Shown here: in pieces, positions 43,367 through 58,339 of the stretch
Position numbering within the stretch: the stretch's first letter is position 1
Layout of the letters: each line of letters opens with the position of its first letter
Origin: the human T2T-CHM13v2.0 reference genome, Homo sapiens
Direction: 5' to 3' (one strand)
NCBI RefSeq assembly: GCF_009914755.1
Contig: NC_060927.1
Length of the DNA stretch: 64,000 nt
The notes under the pieces: generated by a model
What the model saw: only the letters and a program-made list of their open reading frames with translations
Database searches by the model: none
Told to the model about the DNA's origin: nothing
Program-made: the position numbers and the translations under genes

Positions 43367-43696
43367 TTTTCTTTCTTTCTTTCTTTTTTATTTATTTCTT
43401 TATTTATTTTGAGACACAATTTCATTCTTGTTGCCCAGGCTGGAGTGCAATGGCATGATCTTAGCTCACTGCAACCTCCACTTCCCAGGTTCAAGCAATT
43501 CTCCTAGCTCAGCCTCGAGTAGCAGGGATTACAGGCATGCACCACCACACCCAGCTAATTTTGTATTTTTTTTTTTTAGTAGAGATGGAGTTTCTCCATG
43601 TTGGTCAGGCTGGTCTCAAACTCCCGACCTCAGGTGATCCGCATGCCTCAGCCTCCCAAAGTGCTGGCATTACAGGTGTGAGCCACCACACCCAGC
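43367..43696 (-). mobile_element. AluSp-type element
   Basis: Sp diagnostics tttctccatgttggtcagg and ctcccgacctcagg. TSD tgcaccaaattt (43355-43366) / tgcatcaaattt (43697-43708). Confidence 0.92.
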
Positions 43697-43894
43697 TGCA
43701 TCAAATTTCTTCTTGGCCCCCTCTTCCTTCTGTTCCTATATGTGAGTATGCCATCTTTGCACTATCCTAATGACAGTCATCAACTTCAAGGCAAAATATG
43801 TACTCCTGTCTCTGCCTTACATATATACGCACTTATCGCAAGCATTTCTTGAGTATATGAGACTTTACTGAAAATTTGAGAATCACAAGGAACA

Positions 43895-44524
43895 TGTTCC
43901 AGTTATCCATTGCTATGTTAAAAATAAAAAAGGTCTACCTGAAATAAATCACCCCCAAAATTTAGTGCTGTAAAACCATTGCAATCATTTATTTCTATTA
44001 TTGTTATGACTATTATAACACCTCCTGGTCAGCAGGATGACTGAGGCTGGGCTCAGCTGGGTGGTTCCCACTCAGTCTCTCTCAAGCAGTTACAGAGGCT
44101 GGGGCTGGAGTCACAAAGGCTTCCTCACTTATGTGTCTGGTGCCTGGGCTGGGAAGACTCAAATAGTTGGGGACCAGACAGCTGGATCTCCTCAGGGCAT
44201 ATGTCATTCTCTTTATGGTTTATCCACAGGATCTTTTCTAAGCATCTGTGCTTCAGGATGGCCAAACTTCATACATGGCAGCCCAGAGTCCCCACACAAG
44301 CATCCTGAGGGAGAGCTGGGCAGAAGCCATATTGCCTGTTCTAACCTAGCCTAGGAGTCAGCTCCACCACATTGTTACTTGTCAAGGAAGTCACAGTGTC
44401 ACAGTCAGTTTTAAGGAGAAGAGACAGGCTATCTCCTCCTGATGGGGGAATAGCAAAGTTTTGAAAGAGAATGTGGGACAGGACACCTGTTTGTGATTAT
44501 TTTTGGAAAATGCGATTTGCTACA
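43895..44524 (-). mobile_element. MaLR LTR, MLT1H-like
   Basis: tgttccagttatccattgct...gggctcagctgggtggttc...ggaaaatgcgatttgctaca. Confidence 0.65.
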
Positions 44525-45261
44525 AAGGGATAATCTCATGAAGTATCTTATTATCTTATTGGCTTCTCTCTTCCCTTGCCTCCCTGTCCTACCTCCTTAC
44601 TGCCTTCTTCACGTATTCCCTTCAAGCTCCAAATTTTTCTCCCTCTACTATGAAGAGTAGTTCAGTTGTCCCCCAGATCCTATTTCCATTGCTAGACAAA
44701 ACAAAGGGACTCCATTTCCCAGAAACCTGACCTACTATCATTAGAAAGTAAGGTTTTAGTTTGTTCCTTACACAGATTTGGAAGAAAATAATAATCGTGT
44801 CCACTCTCTGCAGAACTGCAGAGACTAGCATGAGAGAAAATGAAGAGAATATCAAAAGACTAGACAATGGCCAATGAGAAAAACGTGTGGAAAGGACCCC
44901 TCAGGCTTGGATTACTCACAGCATCACTTTATGATCTATTTGAAGATGGAGGAATTCCATTGTTTCAGCATAGAGTAAGTGATTAGTCAACAAGATAAGA
45001 ATGTCAGACCGAGAAAATTCCACAGAAAAACAAAATTGTGTACCTGCTCCAAGAACATCAAAACTCTTCGGAAATAGTTCCCTGCTTCATACTTCCATTC
45101 TGTCTCCTGCATCTCCAGGTTACATAAACGAAAAAAAAAGTGATCATAGTAATTTTTCTGAAGATGACTGTTGCATTAAAATTGTTCTGATACAATAGTC
45201 CCCTCCACAAAGTATTCTGGGAAAAATAGTTTTCCTGAGGGGACATGTTTGAGACACAGCT

Positions 45262-45780
45262 GTACCAGCTTAGATCACATTATGCAGCATGTAGTTATAA
45301 ATCTAATTAATATGACTTAAATAATTAAGGTTTTCTTCCCTCATATAAGTCTAAAGATTGACAGAACAAAATCATTACAAGGGTCTTACAATTTCATAAA
45401 AGGTTCTGTTTTCCTCTATCTTTTCAAGACCACCAACTTTAGCGCCTGGCTTTCAAGTATGTGGTTGCAATATAGCTACTGCTCCTTCAGTCATCACATT
45501 GACATTCCAGGTCAGAAAAAGGGGGAAGCACCAAAAGCCTTCTCCTTGTGAAGTCTTGTCTTTGTATGAAAAAGGGGAAGTTCCCCTCAGTGACATCTGC
45601 CTATATACTATTAAGCCAAAGCTTTTCACATGGCTACAACAAATCAAGCAATATTTTAGCTTTTCAACCACTTCAGTAGAGGAAGATAAAGAATGGGGGC
45701 TGTTAATAATGCTTAGTTACAAAACTTTTGTAACTAAAGTGTCTACACTTAACTGCTTTGTAACTACAGTGTCTGCCACA
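45262..45780 (-). mobile_element. Old MaLR LTR (MLT1K-like)
   Basis: gctactgctccttcagtcatcacattgacattccagg...cacatggcta...gtgtctgccaca. Confidence 0.5.
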
Positions 45781-47161
45781 GTAGCAGACCAGGAGTAATG
45801 AGTGCTGGCTTCTATCTAATCCTCTGACCTAACTAAACATCTAACTAAGGGGAAGCCCTTTAATTCTCAGGATTCCAGTTTTCCCATGCAAAAAAAAGGT
45901 GGGGGAGGAACAAAAAGGAATAATAACATAGAAGATCTCTCATGTTCTATAATTATTTACATCCAGGATATCTTTAAGGCAGCATGATGAGGCAGACACT
46001 GTACGTTACTTACCCAGGCATCCCTCACTGTCTTCCTCACTGGCAGTGGCCAACTCCCACTGTAAAACCTGGTGGGGTTTTCTGAATCTCTCTTCCAGCT
46101 AGAGTATGACCATGTGGCCAAAACTTGGCCAAGAAGACCCAAGGGAATGAATGCCCTGGGATATTTTCTGAGAAAGATTTTGCAACAGGCTATAACATGA
46201 TAAGTGAAAAGTCTTTTGGATCCCTCTTTTACCCTCTCCCTTCATCCAATTATTCTTGTCTTCAGACTCAGCTGTATGCATTATAGCAGCCATTTTGTAT
46301 CAATGAGGCAATAAAGCCAAAACATTGAAAATAATGAAATGGAAGAGTGAAAATGAATTTTAGTCATTGATAAAATCAATCATGAGAACACCTTTTCCTG
46401 ACTTCATGTTACAGGAAACAATAATAGTCCTATTTTCGTATGCTATTCCTGTTTGATGCTATTACTTGCAGCCCAAAACATCACACATAATACAATGATC
46501 TAGTAGAAACAATTATAGCTTCAAAATTAGCGTATGTCTCACACTTTAGGTGAATATGAATCTGCACAAGCGAGACTTGTTAAAATGTAAATTTCTGATG
46601 TGGTATGTCTGGGGTGGGGTCTAACATTTTGCATTTCTATCAGTCTGTTCAACGTATGATCTGCATCTATACCTTGAACAGCAAGGTTCTAACCTATATT
46701 TGGCCATTGTATGACATTGATCAAATTGCATCACTCCTCCAGACTCAATTTTCTCATGGAATCCTGTATCTTATGCTTCTAAGTACTATCACAGGGATAT
46801 AAGTTCAGTTCTTCCATAAAAGAAGATATATATGAAAAGTGAATTGAGGGGGGATAGATACTGTAATTTATTTTAAGCCTCCTGCCAAATAGTCATTCAT
46901 CTTTTCTCTTGATACAAACTGTATCCAGGACCAGGGGCACACAGTCTAGTGCTTGTCTCCATGACTATCCAACTGCCCCACCTATACAGAAATATCACAG
47001 GAAAAGAATGTCAAACTTAGCTACATTTGCAGATGCTCCATTATACTTACTATGTATAATGTGTGTGCTAATCAGAAATTCATTTAATAAATATTTGAAA
47101 AGATTTAGAGTAATCCATCCTCTTCCCCACCCCATACTCTTTCAATGAGAATAAAGAATGA

Positions 47162-47162
<1 letters not shown>

Positions 47163-47198
<36 letters not shown>
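47163..47198 (+). repeat. (TG)18 microsatellite
   Basis: Read directly. Confidence 0.95.
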
Positions 47199-47202
<4 letters not shown>

Positions 47203-47232
47203 AAATAACAAAAAAGCCATCTGTCTGCAAGA

Positions 47233-47400
47233 TGGGATTACAGATGCCTGCCACCACCCCCAGCTAATTTTTGTATTTTTAGTAGAGATGGAGTTTTACC
47301 ATGTTGGCCAGGCTGGTCTCGAACTCCTGACCTCAGGTAATCCACCCGCCTCAGCCTCCCAAAGTGCTAGGATTACAGGCATGAGCCACCATACCTGGCC
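47233..47400 (-). mobile_element. AluS fragment (left arm and start of right arm; 3' part and tail missing)
   Basis: gggattacagatgcctgccacc...ctaatttttgtatttttagtagag...gagccaccatacctggcc. Confidence 0.9.
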
Positions 47401-48346
47401 CCACTCAAGTATTTTGCATTCTGAAATTCATAAGGTAAGACACCAAGGGCAGTGCTGATTACAAGAAAGACAAGAAGAAAGATTATAGAGTTAATACGAT
47501 TGCTCAATCTTCTGAGAAACATCTCTCAGCCTTCAATGTTTAGTACCCTATATCAGGCCAGAGAGCTGATTTTAAAAACTGGTTCCTCCTCAGACTCAGG
47601 AAGAGGCTGCTGTGTTTCTCTGTGGAGTTAGGGCTGTATTTCTCAGTCACTACATTTCTCGGTAACAGGTAACTATTTCTGTTAATGAAGAGGAGAACAA
47701 GTTACCATTTAAAAAAAAAAAAAAGCCCTGCATAAATTGCAGGAGCATTAATTACTATGGCCCTTAGGCTCCCAGGAATTTATGCAGTCTTTCCATGGTG
47801 ATTATTGTGATTATGTGGTATTTAACTGTATATTTAGTTCTCTACAGATATTGCAGACATTTTTCAGCTCTTCTAGAGGAGTTTTTAATCAAAATGAGTT
47901 AACATACTCTTCTTCATTCTAAATTAAACTCAATATGGTTATGTGCGTCTCAAATGCATGATCACATCCTTGAACTTTTCAATGAGAATTTTTCACAGAT
48001 AACTTGTCCTCATTGTCAGTATCTGGAAAATCTTGTGGGATCATCTGTTCTAGGTTGTGACTTTCAGTATTAGGCTAGTCTGGTGAGGAAATGCCAAAGT
48101 GCCCAGTCTAGATCCTTCCACATCACTGGGCTGGAATAATTAGAAGCTAGTGCCAGATTCTTGGGGACTCCCATTATTTTTGATAAAACATACAGAAATA
48201 CTTTGTTGGTCAAGTAAAAGAGCAGCTATTCAAGATTGTTCCTGACAAGTTTGGGAGCCAAGGGAATCTCATGTTTAGGGCTTTGGTGTCCCTACTATCT
48301 CTTCAAAATGGAAATATGGCTTGCCTAAGCCAACAGGGAAGTAGAG

Positions 48347-48779
48347 TGCAATGGTTAATACTGAGCATCAACTTGATTGGATTGAAGAATGCAAAGTATT
48401 GACCCTGGGTATATCTGTGAGGGTGTTGCCAAAGGAGATTAACATTTGAGTCAGTAGGCTGGGAAAGGCAGACCCACCCTTAATCTGGATGGGCACCATC
48501 TAATCAGCTGCCAATGCCACAAGAATGTAAAGCAGGCAGAAAAACATGAAAAGGCTAGACTGGCTTAGCCTCCCAGCCTACATCTTTCTCCCATGGTGGA
48601 TGCTTCCTGCCCTCAAACATCGGACTCCAAGTTTTTCAGCTTTGGGACTTGGACTGGCTTCCTTTCTCCTCGGCTGGCAGATGGCCTACTGTGGGACTTT
48701 GTGATTGTGTGAGTTAATACTATGTAATAAACTCCCACATATATTAGTTCTGTTCCTCTAGAGAACCTTGACTAATACA
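48347..48779 (+). mobile_element. MLT2A-type solo LTR (HERV-L)
   Basis: tgcaatggttaatactgag...caacttgattggattgaag...aataaactccc...ctagagaaccttgactaataca. Confidence 0.88.
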
Positions 48780-49519
48780 CAGGGCTAAATATAGCAAATT
48801 TTGGCTTTGATTGGAATATATTTCTTTCTCTACCAACTGGGATTCTATAGTAGTAGAGACTGAGTGAATGGCATGGGAAAGTAAAGAACTCATTTTTCTA
48901 ATGCGTGGCCAAACCCCCAAAAATGGCCTTGTCTACTCATCACTAGATCAGGACCCATCAGCCCAACAGGTGGTTTAGTTTATCCTTTCAGATTAATTAT
49001 GTTTTACCAAAAGAGTTCGACCACCCTTCTAAATGATACAGTTCATGTTCCCATTTCATCCATGTCAGAAAATAAATAGCATCCTCTATAAGGATCAAAT
49101 AATGTGAGGTTTAAGCCACAACGGAAAATACTTTTCCCCTAAATCTGGAAAACTCAATCTGGGAAAATCATATTGGTAATAAGAAGTTGACTATACATCA
49201 AAGGAGAGAATTTAACATAACTTTGGTCAAACCTAAAATTTAGAGATTTTTTGGCCATAATCACATGGCAAATTGGACAACCTCTACAAGGTTTCATATG
49301 TTTGTCCAATGCTAGGAAGACCTGACCTTAGCTAAAACAACTGGGTCTTACCCTACTCCTGCAAGTAGCTGGATGCATGTATTTCAAGAAGACATAACCT
49401 ACCTGGTTTTTAGAACAGAGTTTATTTTCTTAGAATACTCCCTCGTCTCTTCCAACTTCCTCATCTAAAAAACAATGAAGCTTCAACTTCCTCATCTAAA
49501 AAACAAGGTAGTTGGACTA

Positions 49520-49692
49520 GATCAGGTTTCTCAACCCTGGATGTATTTGAGTTATGTGGGGAGATTTTTTTTTAAATGTGATGCCCAGGTCTTAACCTAG
49601 ACTAATTAAATCAGACTCTCCAGGCATGGGGTTATTTGTTTAAAGTTCCTTCGGTGATGCTAATGTTCAGCCACAGCTAAGACCCATGACAC
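49520..49692. mobile_element. MER5-type DNA transposon
   Basis: ggtttctcaaccctgg...taattaaatcagactctc...ggtgatgctaatgttcagcca. Confidence 0.6.
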
Positions 49693-50003
49693 CAGGTAAT
49701 TCCTGAATGCACACCTATATGAACATTCTGTCACTTTCAGTTTGATATCGTCTGCTACATTCATCCTCTCTGAACTTTTCCTCTGTCTTGGGAAAGCAGA
49801 ATTCTAACATGACCCTAAATGAGTTATGCCCTTGAAGAAAACCTCTTTGAATGAATACTGGCTAGCTTCTAGTCAACAGACCATGGCAAAGGTGATGAAA
49901 TATCACTCCCATGATCATGCCATGTTACCTACAGCAGACTGAAGTGAGATTTTCTTGGCTGCTGGCTTGAAAGAAGCAAATCGCTATGCTGTGAGTAGAT
50001 CTC

Positions 50004-50255
50004 TGTTATGAACTGAATGTTTGTGTGCCTCCAACATTTATATGTTGAAATGTAATCATCAATGTGATAGCATTAGCAGGTGGAATCTTTGGGAGACATT
50101 TAGGTCATAACTGGAACCTTCATGAATGAGATTAGTGCCTTTATAAGAAGAGGCCAGAGTACTAGCGCACTCTCTCATGCTAGTGCAATGTGAGGATAAA
50201 ACTAGAAGTTAAAAGCCTGCATCCAGAAGAGGACACTCACCAGAACCAGACCAGG
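50004..50255 (+). mobile_element. MaLR LTR 5' portion (MST/MLT1A-like), 3'-truncated
   Basis: tgttatgaactgaatgtttgtgt...tatgttgaaa...gagattagtgcctttataagaaga...ctcaccagaacc. Confidence 0.65.
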
Positions 50256-52440
50256 TCTCAGGTCTCCCACTTGTAAAATGGGAGAGGTAGAGGCGTTTCC
50301 CTCCAATTGTAAAATTCTATGATCCTTAGCTCTTAGCATGGTGAAAACATCAGTATGCAGTATGCGGTTGGAAGTTAGTCTAACCTGAGTTTAAATTCTG
50401 GCTCTACTACTTATCCGTGTAGATCTTTGGCCAAAATTTATTAATCTTGCTAAGCTTCAGTTTCCCCTTCTATAAAACTAGAATAATAAAACTCGCCAAT
50501 CTTCTAGCATTTGCGTGAGTTGATTACATGAGTCAATGGATGTAATAGTCTTAATAAACACAGGACTTAATGCATAGTAATGACTCAAAATTGGTAATGG
50601 TGATGGCTTTTGCTTTTGTTACAAGCTCTTTACTTGATTCTTTTAGAGACAATTTGTTTATTTTTAGCATCCATTATGATTCTTCCAAGAATAGCATTCA
50701 GAAAACCTGAAAGGTCTACTAGGCACATTTTGAAATGTGGAGTTGGAAGAGAATTCAATCGTGGTGTACAATGTCTTCAGAGGAGGGCAGTGTCCTCTTC
50801 CAGAGCCAGCAGGTAGAGGCAATCTCCTCTAAGTCCTCTCCACTATTTTCATGAAGCAATCTTCAACAAGAGGGCCAACACTAAGAAGGCCAACACTAAA
50901 AGGATAAACATGACATGTTGACAATGCATTCTCATTAGTTTATATGGGTTAAAGAGCAAAAACATGAAGATTTTGCCCATTCTTTAACTTGTTCCTTACA
51001 TATTTTTCCCTTTTGACTATTAAAGCTGTTCTTTTTCAGGCACTGTTCTGAACTACTTTCAGAGCCCAGATGTAGCTCTTTAGAAGTCAAAAGATGGGAA
51101 GAAGCTTGACAGCCTGAAAAGTCTTCAAAAATTATTGTGTTTGAACTGCATCCTCTGGTAAGACCAGCCAAAACCATACTCTTTGCTCAAGCAGAGCTGC
51201 AAAACATAAGTTCCAAAGTTTGCTTTTGAGAGCCTCATACTAAATGTAGAGAAGAGAACTAACTATAAAACTGAGTCCCATGAGAGACTTTCTACTTGGC
51301 TGAGAAGAGCTTCCAAGAAAGATGCCTACCAATCCTCAGAACTCACATTTATTTGGCAAGGAGTGGACTGCTTTTCAGAAGAGAAATAAGAAATTAAAGT
51401 AAGAGATACTTCCTGTTCATGAAAAATAACAGTTCTTTAAAAAGGAGAAACAAAGTTATTAGTGAATAATTTAAGAAAATACTAAATTATATTGCAATAT
51501 GAAAGTGGGAACATAACTAATTCATTACCAGAAATTTGGTGTGAGCTAAAAACAAAGAGCTTTAAATAAATCTATGGACAGGAGAGCCATAGGAAATCAT
51601 AAGCTTCAAATTAGAGCTATTGGAGGTATTCAAGGAGTTGTCAGAAATGCCAAGCACACCTACCCACAAAAGGTCCCTTATTGATACCATCAGAAAACTA
51701 ATTCAGTATGCTTTGGTTTCTTTGTTGCATTCTTATTTCTTGCAGACACAAAGGAATGACAGAGAAGGCAGAATTTTTTTTTTCAAAATCTTTATCTAAA
51801 GCATACTAAACTACTGTTAGTACCATGATGTTTATTTGAGGGGCAATCTGAATGAAATTTGCCTTTGTGGAGTAGTTATAATCACTGCAAGCTTTATTAT
51901 TAAAATAAGAAGCAAATGCCCCATGAGAGCAATGTTCAAATATACAATTAGTCCTTGCTCACACAAAATCGAACATGACTGCTGGCCTCCAGAGATCTTC
52001 TCTGGTTCACTCTGCGGATGCAAAGCTGAAAATAGAGCTGTCTAAAAGACTAAGAAGGAAGAGATTACATGGAAGAAGGAAAGGTGAAAGCAACTCAGAA
52101 ATTGTGCTCAGTATGGCTTCTTAGCTCCTGCTGTAGGAAGAGCTAAGAAAAAAAAAAAGTTTTAGGATTTACTGCATATACTACAAATCCCACTGCAGAG
52201 GTCTTTCCATACTTGGAACCAAAGGCCTAGATCCAAAGAACTGAATCATGCATGCCGGGTGCAGAAAGTTGTGAAAAAATGTCTTAGGTGTTCACAATAT
52301 CCTTGTGGCAATTCTGGGACCAAATCAATACTTTTTTCTGGTATTTTTCTAGGTCTAGTACTTCTCCAAGCAACTGGAAAATTATGTATTAAACCCTAGT
52401 CATGTCTTGAATCAAAATGGAATTTAAAGAACAACATTCT

Positions 52441-52641
52441 AGGGAGAGGAGGAAATGGAGAGTTACTAATAAATCAGAGTAAAGTTTCAGTCAAGCAAAA
52501 TAAGTAAACTCTGGAGATATTCTGTACAACATTGTATCTATAGTCAACAATAATGTATTATACACTTAAAATTTGGTTAAGAGGGTAGATTTCATGTTAA
52601 GTGTTCTTATCAAAATAAAATAATAGTTTTTAAATTAAAAA
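52441..52641 (+). mobile_element. L1MB-type extreme 3' end
   Basis: gaaatggagagttact...aaagtttcagt...tacacttaaaatttggttaagagggtagatttcatgttaagtgttctta. Confidence 0.75.
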
Positions 52642-52899
52642 ATATCATTAAGCATTTTCCTTCCTAGCCTGCAGAGGACTAGAGTATAGGAACTGTGGCT
52701 TATTCACATTGGATTTCCACCATCCAGTCAAATCTGTGTTCAACAAATGTACTTGGACATTAATTTTCTGCTTCCAACCAGGTCAAATAAGAGTTGTCCA
52801 TAATTCTCCCATAATTCACAAAACTGATAGCCAATTGGATGTAGTTTTCTAGATAAATGATACTACATGGAAATTAAAATATTTTAAAATATTTTATGA

Positions 52900-53800
<901 letters not shown>

Positions 53801-54653
53801 GGTTTTGATGGTATTCAGTATTTGGGGTCAGAAAACTCAGGAATGCCTGGCTTTTGCCCTGCTAAGTTTTCCTATTTGTTAGCATTCCCAAGGTGGCTTG
53901 CACCTTGGGTCCCAAGCAATCCAAGGAACAAATCCAAATAGTAAACAGAGTACCAGTTTATTAGTTGGGTCACTGCCTGAAATGTCCATAAAGACAGTTA
54001 AAGGTGAACTGGGAGCCTAAGTGGGACCTCTGCCGCATCACCACAGCCAAAACCAAAAATTCTGTTTAGCCATGCATACAGAGAGAGGAGAGTTGGGCCC
54101 TGCCTTATTGATCTCACTGCATGGAATGAGGAGAGCCAATGAAGGTAAACTACCTGGGAGCCACCTTTTAAATACAGCAACCTGGCCCAGTGGGAAACAT
54201 GGGCCTATGAATGCCATAGAATTTTATCAATGAAATGAGAAGCTTTCCTTCCCTGGGATGGTAGGGTAGTGCGGAGGGAGATATGCTGCATACCTGCGGA
54301 ATGAAAGGCAGACCTGGCACCATAAGGTTCCTTTCCTGCTACATTGTTTCAATAATCTTCTGCTGCATAACAAGAAGTCCAAACCTCAGTGACTTAAAAC
54401 AACAATGACATTATTTCTCACAATTCTGTGGGTTTACTGTGCTCTAACGTGCAGCTCTGCCCCCTGTAGTACAGCTGAGATTCCACATGCATCTGCATTC
54501 AGCTAGGAGCTCACCTGGTGTAGAGCCTCCTATGGGGCTTCTCATTCTCCAGGGTCTCACTCATCATTCAGGACAGTTACTGTAAATTCGTTATGCATGG
54601 GGACTGGCTTTAAAGAGGGAGAGTTCTAAGAAAACAAACTCTGCTCTAAATAT

Positions 54654-55179
54654 GTACCCAGGATTTGTTTTAATCAGATATGGTAAGGCAGACAAGGAAA
54701 TAGCTGCCACAAAGGAGGAAGTTCATAAGCACAGACCTCTAGAAACAGGAGGCATGGCCTGATGTGCTGGTCTAAAGAGGGAAGCACTAAGGTCAGTTAG
54801 GAAGCAGAAGTGGGAGAAGGACGAGAATGACTGAGACCCTTTGATGGGGTTTTCACGAGAAGGAATGGAAGGGGCAGGGTAGGCATGCTGAGTAAGCTTA
54901 AGACTAGAGAGTTTTAATCATTTCAGAGAGCTCTGGGCTATAGGGGTGCTTGCTAGTTGTCTGATACCTGGCCCTGGGGTGATTTAGGATAGAAGGAATA
55001 TTGGATTGGTGTGTGAGAGATAAAGAAGATGATTAGGGGTGTGGGCTCTGGGCTACTTGGTTTGTATATCAAAGGTACTCTCACAGGGGAGTCATTTGCT
55101 ATTTCTACGAATTAGCTAGCCCTGGAATGGATGTTCCCTCCAGGATCAAGTACCCAAATGCCAGAGCATCAAATATACA
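54654..55179 (-). mobile_element. MER74/LTR53-like solo LTR nested in an older MLT1 LTR (about 54340-55380)
   Basis: Minus strand begins tgtatatttgatgctctggcatttggg...agggctagctaattc...gaaatagcaaatgactc. MLT1 motifs on both sides. Confidence 0.6.
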
Positions 55180-55889
55180 GAAAATAAGAAAGTAAAGTCA
55201 ATACAAACCCTGATATGCAAGCTCTTGCCATGCCTCTGCTTGCATAATGTTTGCTGGGATCCCATTGATAAAAATAAATCACATGACCAAAGCAAGAGAC
55301 AAAATGGGAAAGGACTAAACAAGGGCATAAATATGGGAGATATAGTCTACCCAGGGCCATCAATGTAATGGTTACTACATAAATATTTCTGTATAAAAGG
55401 ATATTTGCCAAGGTCAACAAAGGTCACTTCTAGAGTCCAGAGCTATTTATTTTGTTATTTATCAGATTTTCTTATTTTCAACAAAGAATATACACTGCAT
55501 ATAGAACAAAGCCAACATTAATTGACAAAACAAATATTACTATCTTAAATCAGGTTCTCTACAAGAACCTAAGATGGGGATTCTTATGCAGGTGATTTAG
55601 TGCCCCCAGAAGAAAACCAACCATAAGAGAGTAAGAGAAGCAGGATAGGGCAGGTGAAGAAGCTGAATGAGAAATTCAGTCTCAGCCTGAGCACAAGAAA
55701 CTCTGCAGAATGAGCAGCACCATGAGCTGTCTCATCTTGAGGAAATGGGATTGGGCTTTTGTGCCTTATTTCAGTCAGTTATCAGCTGTGGCTACTCCTC
55801 GGGAGGAGAGCATACCTTTCAGCATTTCCTAGAAATATAGGTCTCATGGTAGAGGACAAGTCTCTGTAGAAGGGTTCAGCTTTCAGCCC

Positions 55890-56250
55890 TGTCTTAGTCC
55901 ATTCAGGCTGCTATAACAAAATACCATAGACTGGGTAAATTTTTTAACAAAAGAAATTCATTGCTCACAGTTCTGACGACCGGGAAGTCGAAGATAAACG
56001 TGCCATCAGGTTCTAGGTTTCTTAAGGGCCCATTCCTCATAGACGACACCTTCTTGCTGCATCTGCACATGGAGTAAAGGGCAAACAAGCTCCCTCAGGC
56101 TTCTTTTATGAGGATACTACTCCCATTCATGAGGGTGGGGCCCTCATGACCTAATCACCTCCCAAAGGTACCACTTCTTAATACTACTGCACTTGGTAAT
56201 TACATATCAACCTATAAATTTTGAGGGGACACAAACTTCAGACCACAGCA
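55890..56250 (-). mobile_element. MLT1A0 LTR nested in an LTR33-like element (about 55545-56325)
   Basis: tgtcttagtccattcaggctgctataacaaaataccatagactggg...gacacaaacttcagaccacagca. Possible TSD agccc / agctc. Confidence 0.8.
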
Positions 56251-58339
56251 AGCTCTTATCGGGTAATACCTAGAGCAGCGAGAAGGGGAGTGTAACACTC
56301 TATGGGGCCAGCAGCATCTACTAAAGCTACCCTCAATTTTTCCAAAGAGTCCATCTCTGTAATGTCTCACATGAGCACCTCCGACCCCCACCCTATATAC
56401 TCCAAATACGACCTCTAAACAGAAAATAGACAGCAAGTAATATAAGTTGGATGAATGAATGTTCAGTATGTACTACTCAGAACTTCTCCAACTCTTGAAT
56501 TCATATACTGTGGATCCTCAGTGACCCACAGATCCTCAGGGATACCATGAATTTCGGGTAGGGAGTGGAAATCTAGGGAGTGTCCCAGGACATTATGGAT
56601 AAAATAGCACTCTTTTCTCTTTGAGTAGCTCTATAACCCTGATGATAAGGAAAGGTTGGTAAACTTTCAAAAAAATTCTCCTCTGGACTAAAAGCATGCA
56701 TGAGAAATTTCAAGGGGGAAGGCCTATTTTTTCTAATGGTTACAAGTCTAAATTATAAACTCAAGTCAATAAGATAGACGTCTAAAACTTCTAAAAATAG
56801 TGGTGGATAATAAGAATGCTTTCTCAACCAAAACCACAACCTTCCCTCTGCTGCACTTACAGAAAGCAGCAGAAACTAATCTTTCTCCCCAAGTGGAAAA
56901 AATGGGTAATAGAATTCTACCAGATGCCTTGGATTTTGTGCACTGATGATGTATTTCCATCAATCTCATTTATTTTTGTCTGAAGTCTTATTTTCAGGCC
57001 AACCATTCCATTCAAATATTGAATCAGGCCATATCTACCAAGATGCTATCAGGGAGAAAAAAAAGAAAATGTCCTTTATTAGCAGACACACTTATTTTCT
57101 GTTTTTTACCATCAATGATGACAAGTCTTGGCTGAAGGAGGTATGATAATGGCTCATGGAATCTTAAGTAAGCAATCTGATAGAGGTTCTTGGAAACATG
57201 GAGAAGTCTGGAGGTTTCTTAGGTGAACTGCAGACAGGACAGGGAAGGGCTTCATCGAAAGGACTCTAGCTTTATTAAGTGGAAAGATAGACAATTTTTT
57301 TTAAATGAGACAAAGTTTCTGGCACTGACATGATCCAAGTGACATGGGGTGAGAGGTCAAAGTTCTGCCTATCCAGCTTTTTCTCAGACCCTACTGCCTT
57401 CAACAATTAGCCTACATGACTGGGTCATGTAGCTGATTTAAGTAACTGAGGCCAGAAAGGGAGAAAATGGGAGAGGGGCACAAAGCTATACGGCTAGCTA
57501 GAGAGAGAAAACTAGTTCAGAAGTGCAATGGTCTTTCTAAATTATTGCTCAACCATTGATTAAATACTATTTTATTTTTTTCAATCCAGATGACACATTT
57601 TAGACATTTTTAGGATTTTTTAAAATAACAAATCCACAGAACAAAAAAAAAAGGAAAATTTTTAGCAGATTATATTTCTTGTTTGGGATTTGGACATTTT
57701 GCAACCCTCAATTTCCCCATGGAAGATTTGCATGGAGGCACACGTGTAGAAAAGTAGTTTTCTGTTTCTAAGCTTCAATTTCAATTCTCTGTCAATATCG
57801 AGCCCCCTCCTCATGCTTTCTCTTCTCCCCTTTCCCTCTTTCCATCCATCCTCCTCTCTCCTCCTTTTCTCACACTTCCATAAAGTATTTGACAGATCAG
57901 TCTATTTCCCTTCTCACAGGGGCTCACCATAGGCCATCTGGTTGTGTGACTGCCAGGGAAAAGCTTGTGACGTCTCTAGGTGACTCCACAGAATAGCAAC
58001 AGTCTTTTGAAGATGCCAGCTGCCCTTCCTCTTTCATGGAAGTTACAAAAAGATAGCTCCACATGCTGACACTTCCTCCCACTGAGAAGCTGGCTTTGGA
58101 AGAGGCACTAGCTCAGCAGGGGTCCTCTAATGTTGGCCTGAAAACTGACTCCACCAGGCAGGAGGCAAGGATGTGATAATATTCGTAGTCCCTCCCGGGG
58201 GGCTCCCACCCTGGGTGTTGCCAGTCTTCCAACTGGCAGGCCTCTGCAGCTGCCAATGGACAGGAAGAAGAAAATATTCTAGAGTCCATTTCACAACTAG
58301 AAGTTTTAAGCCAGTTCTAGTTACTTCGCTTAGAAGACA

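Noticed and set aside
45727-45775. Small direct repeats (also 50873-50899)
   Set aside because: Ordinary slippage duplications with no further structure.
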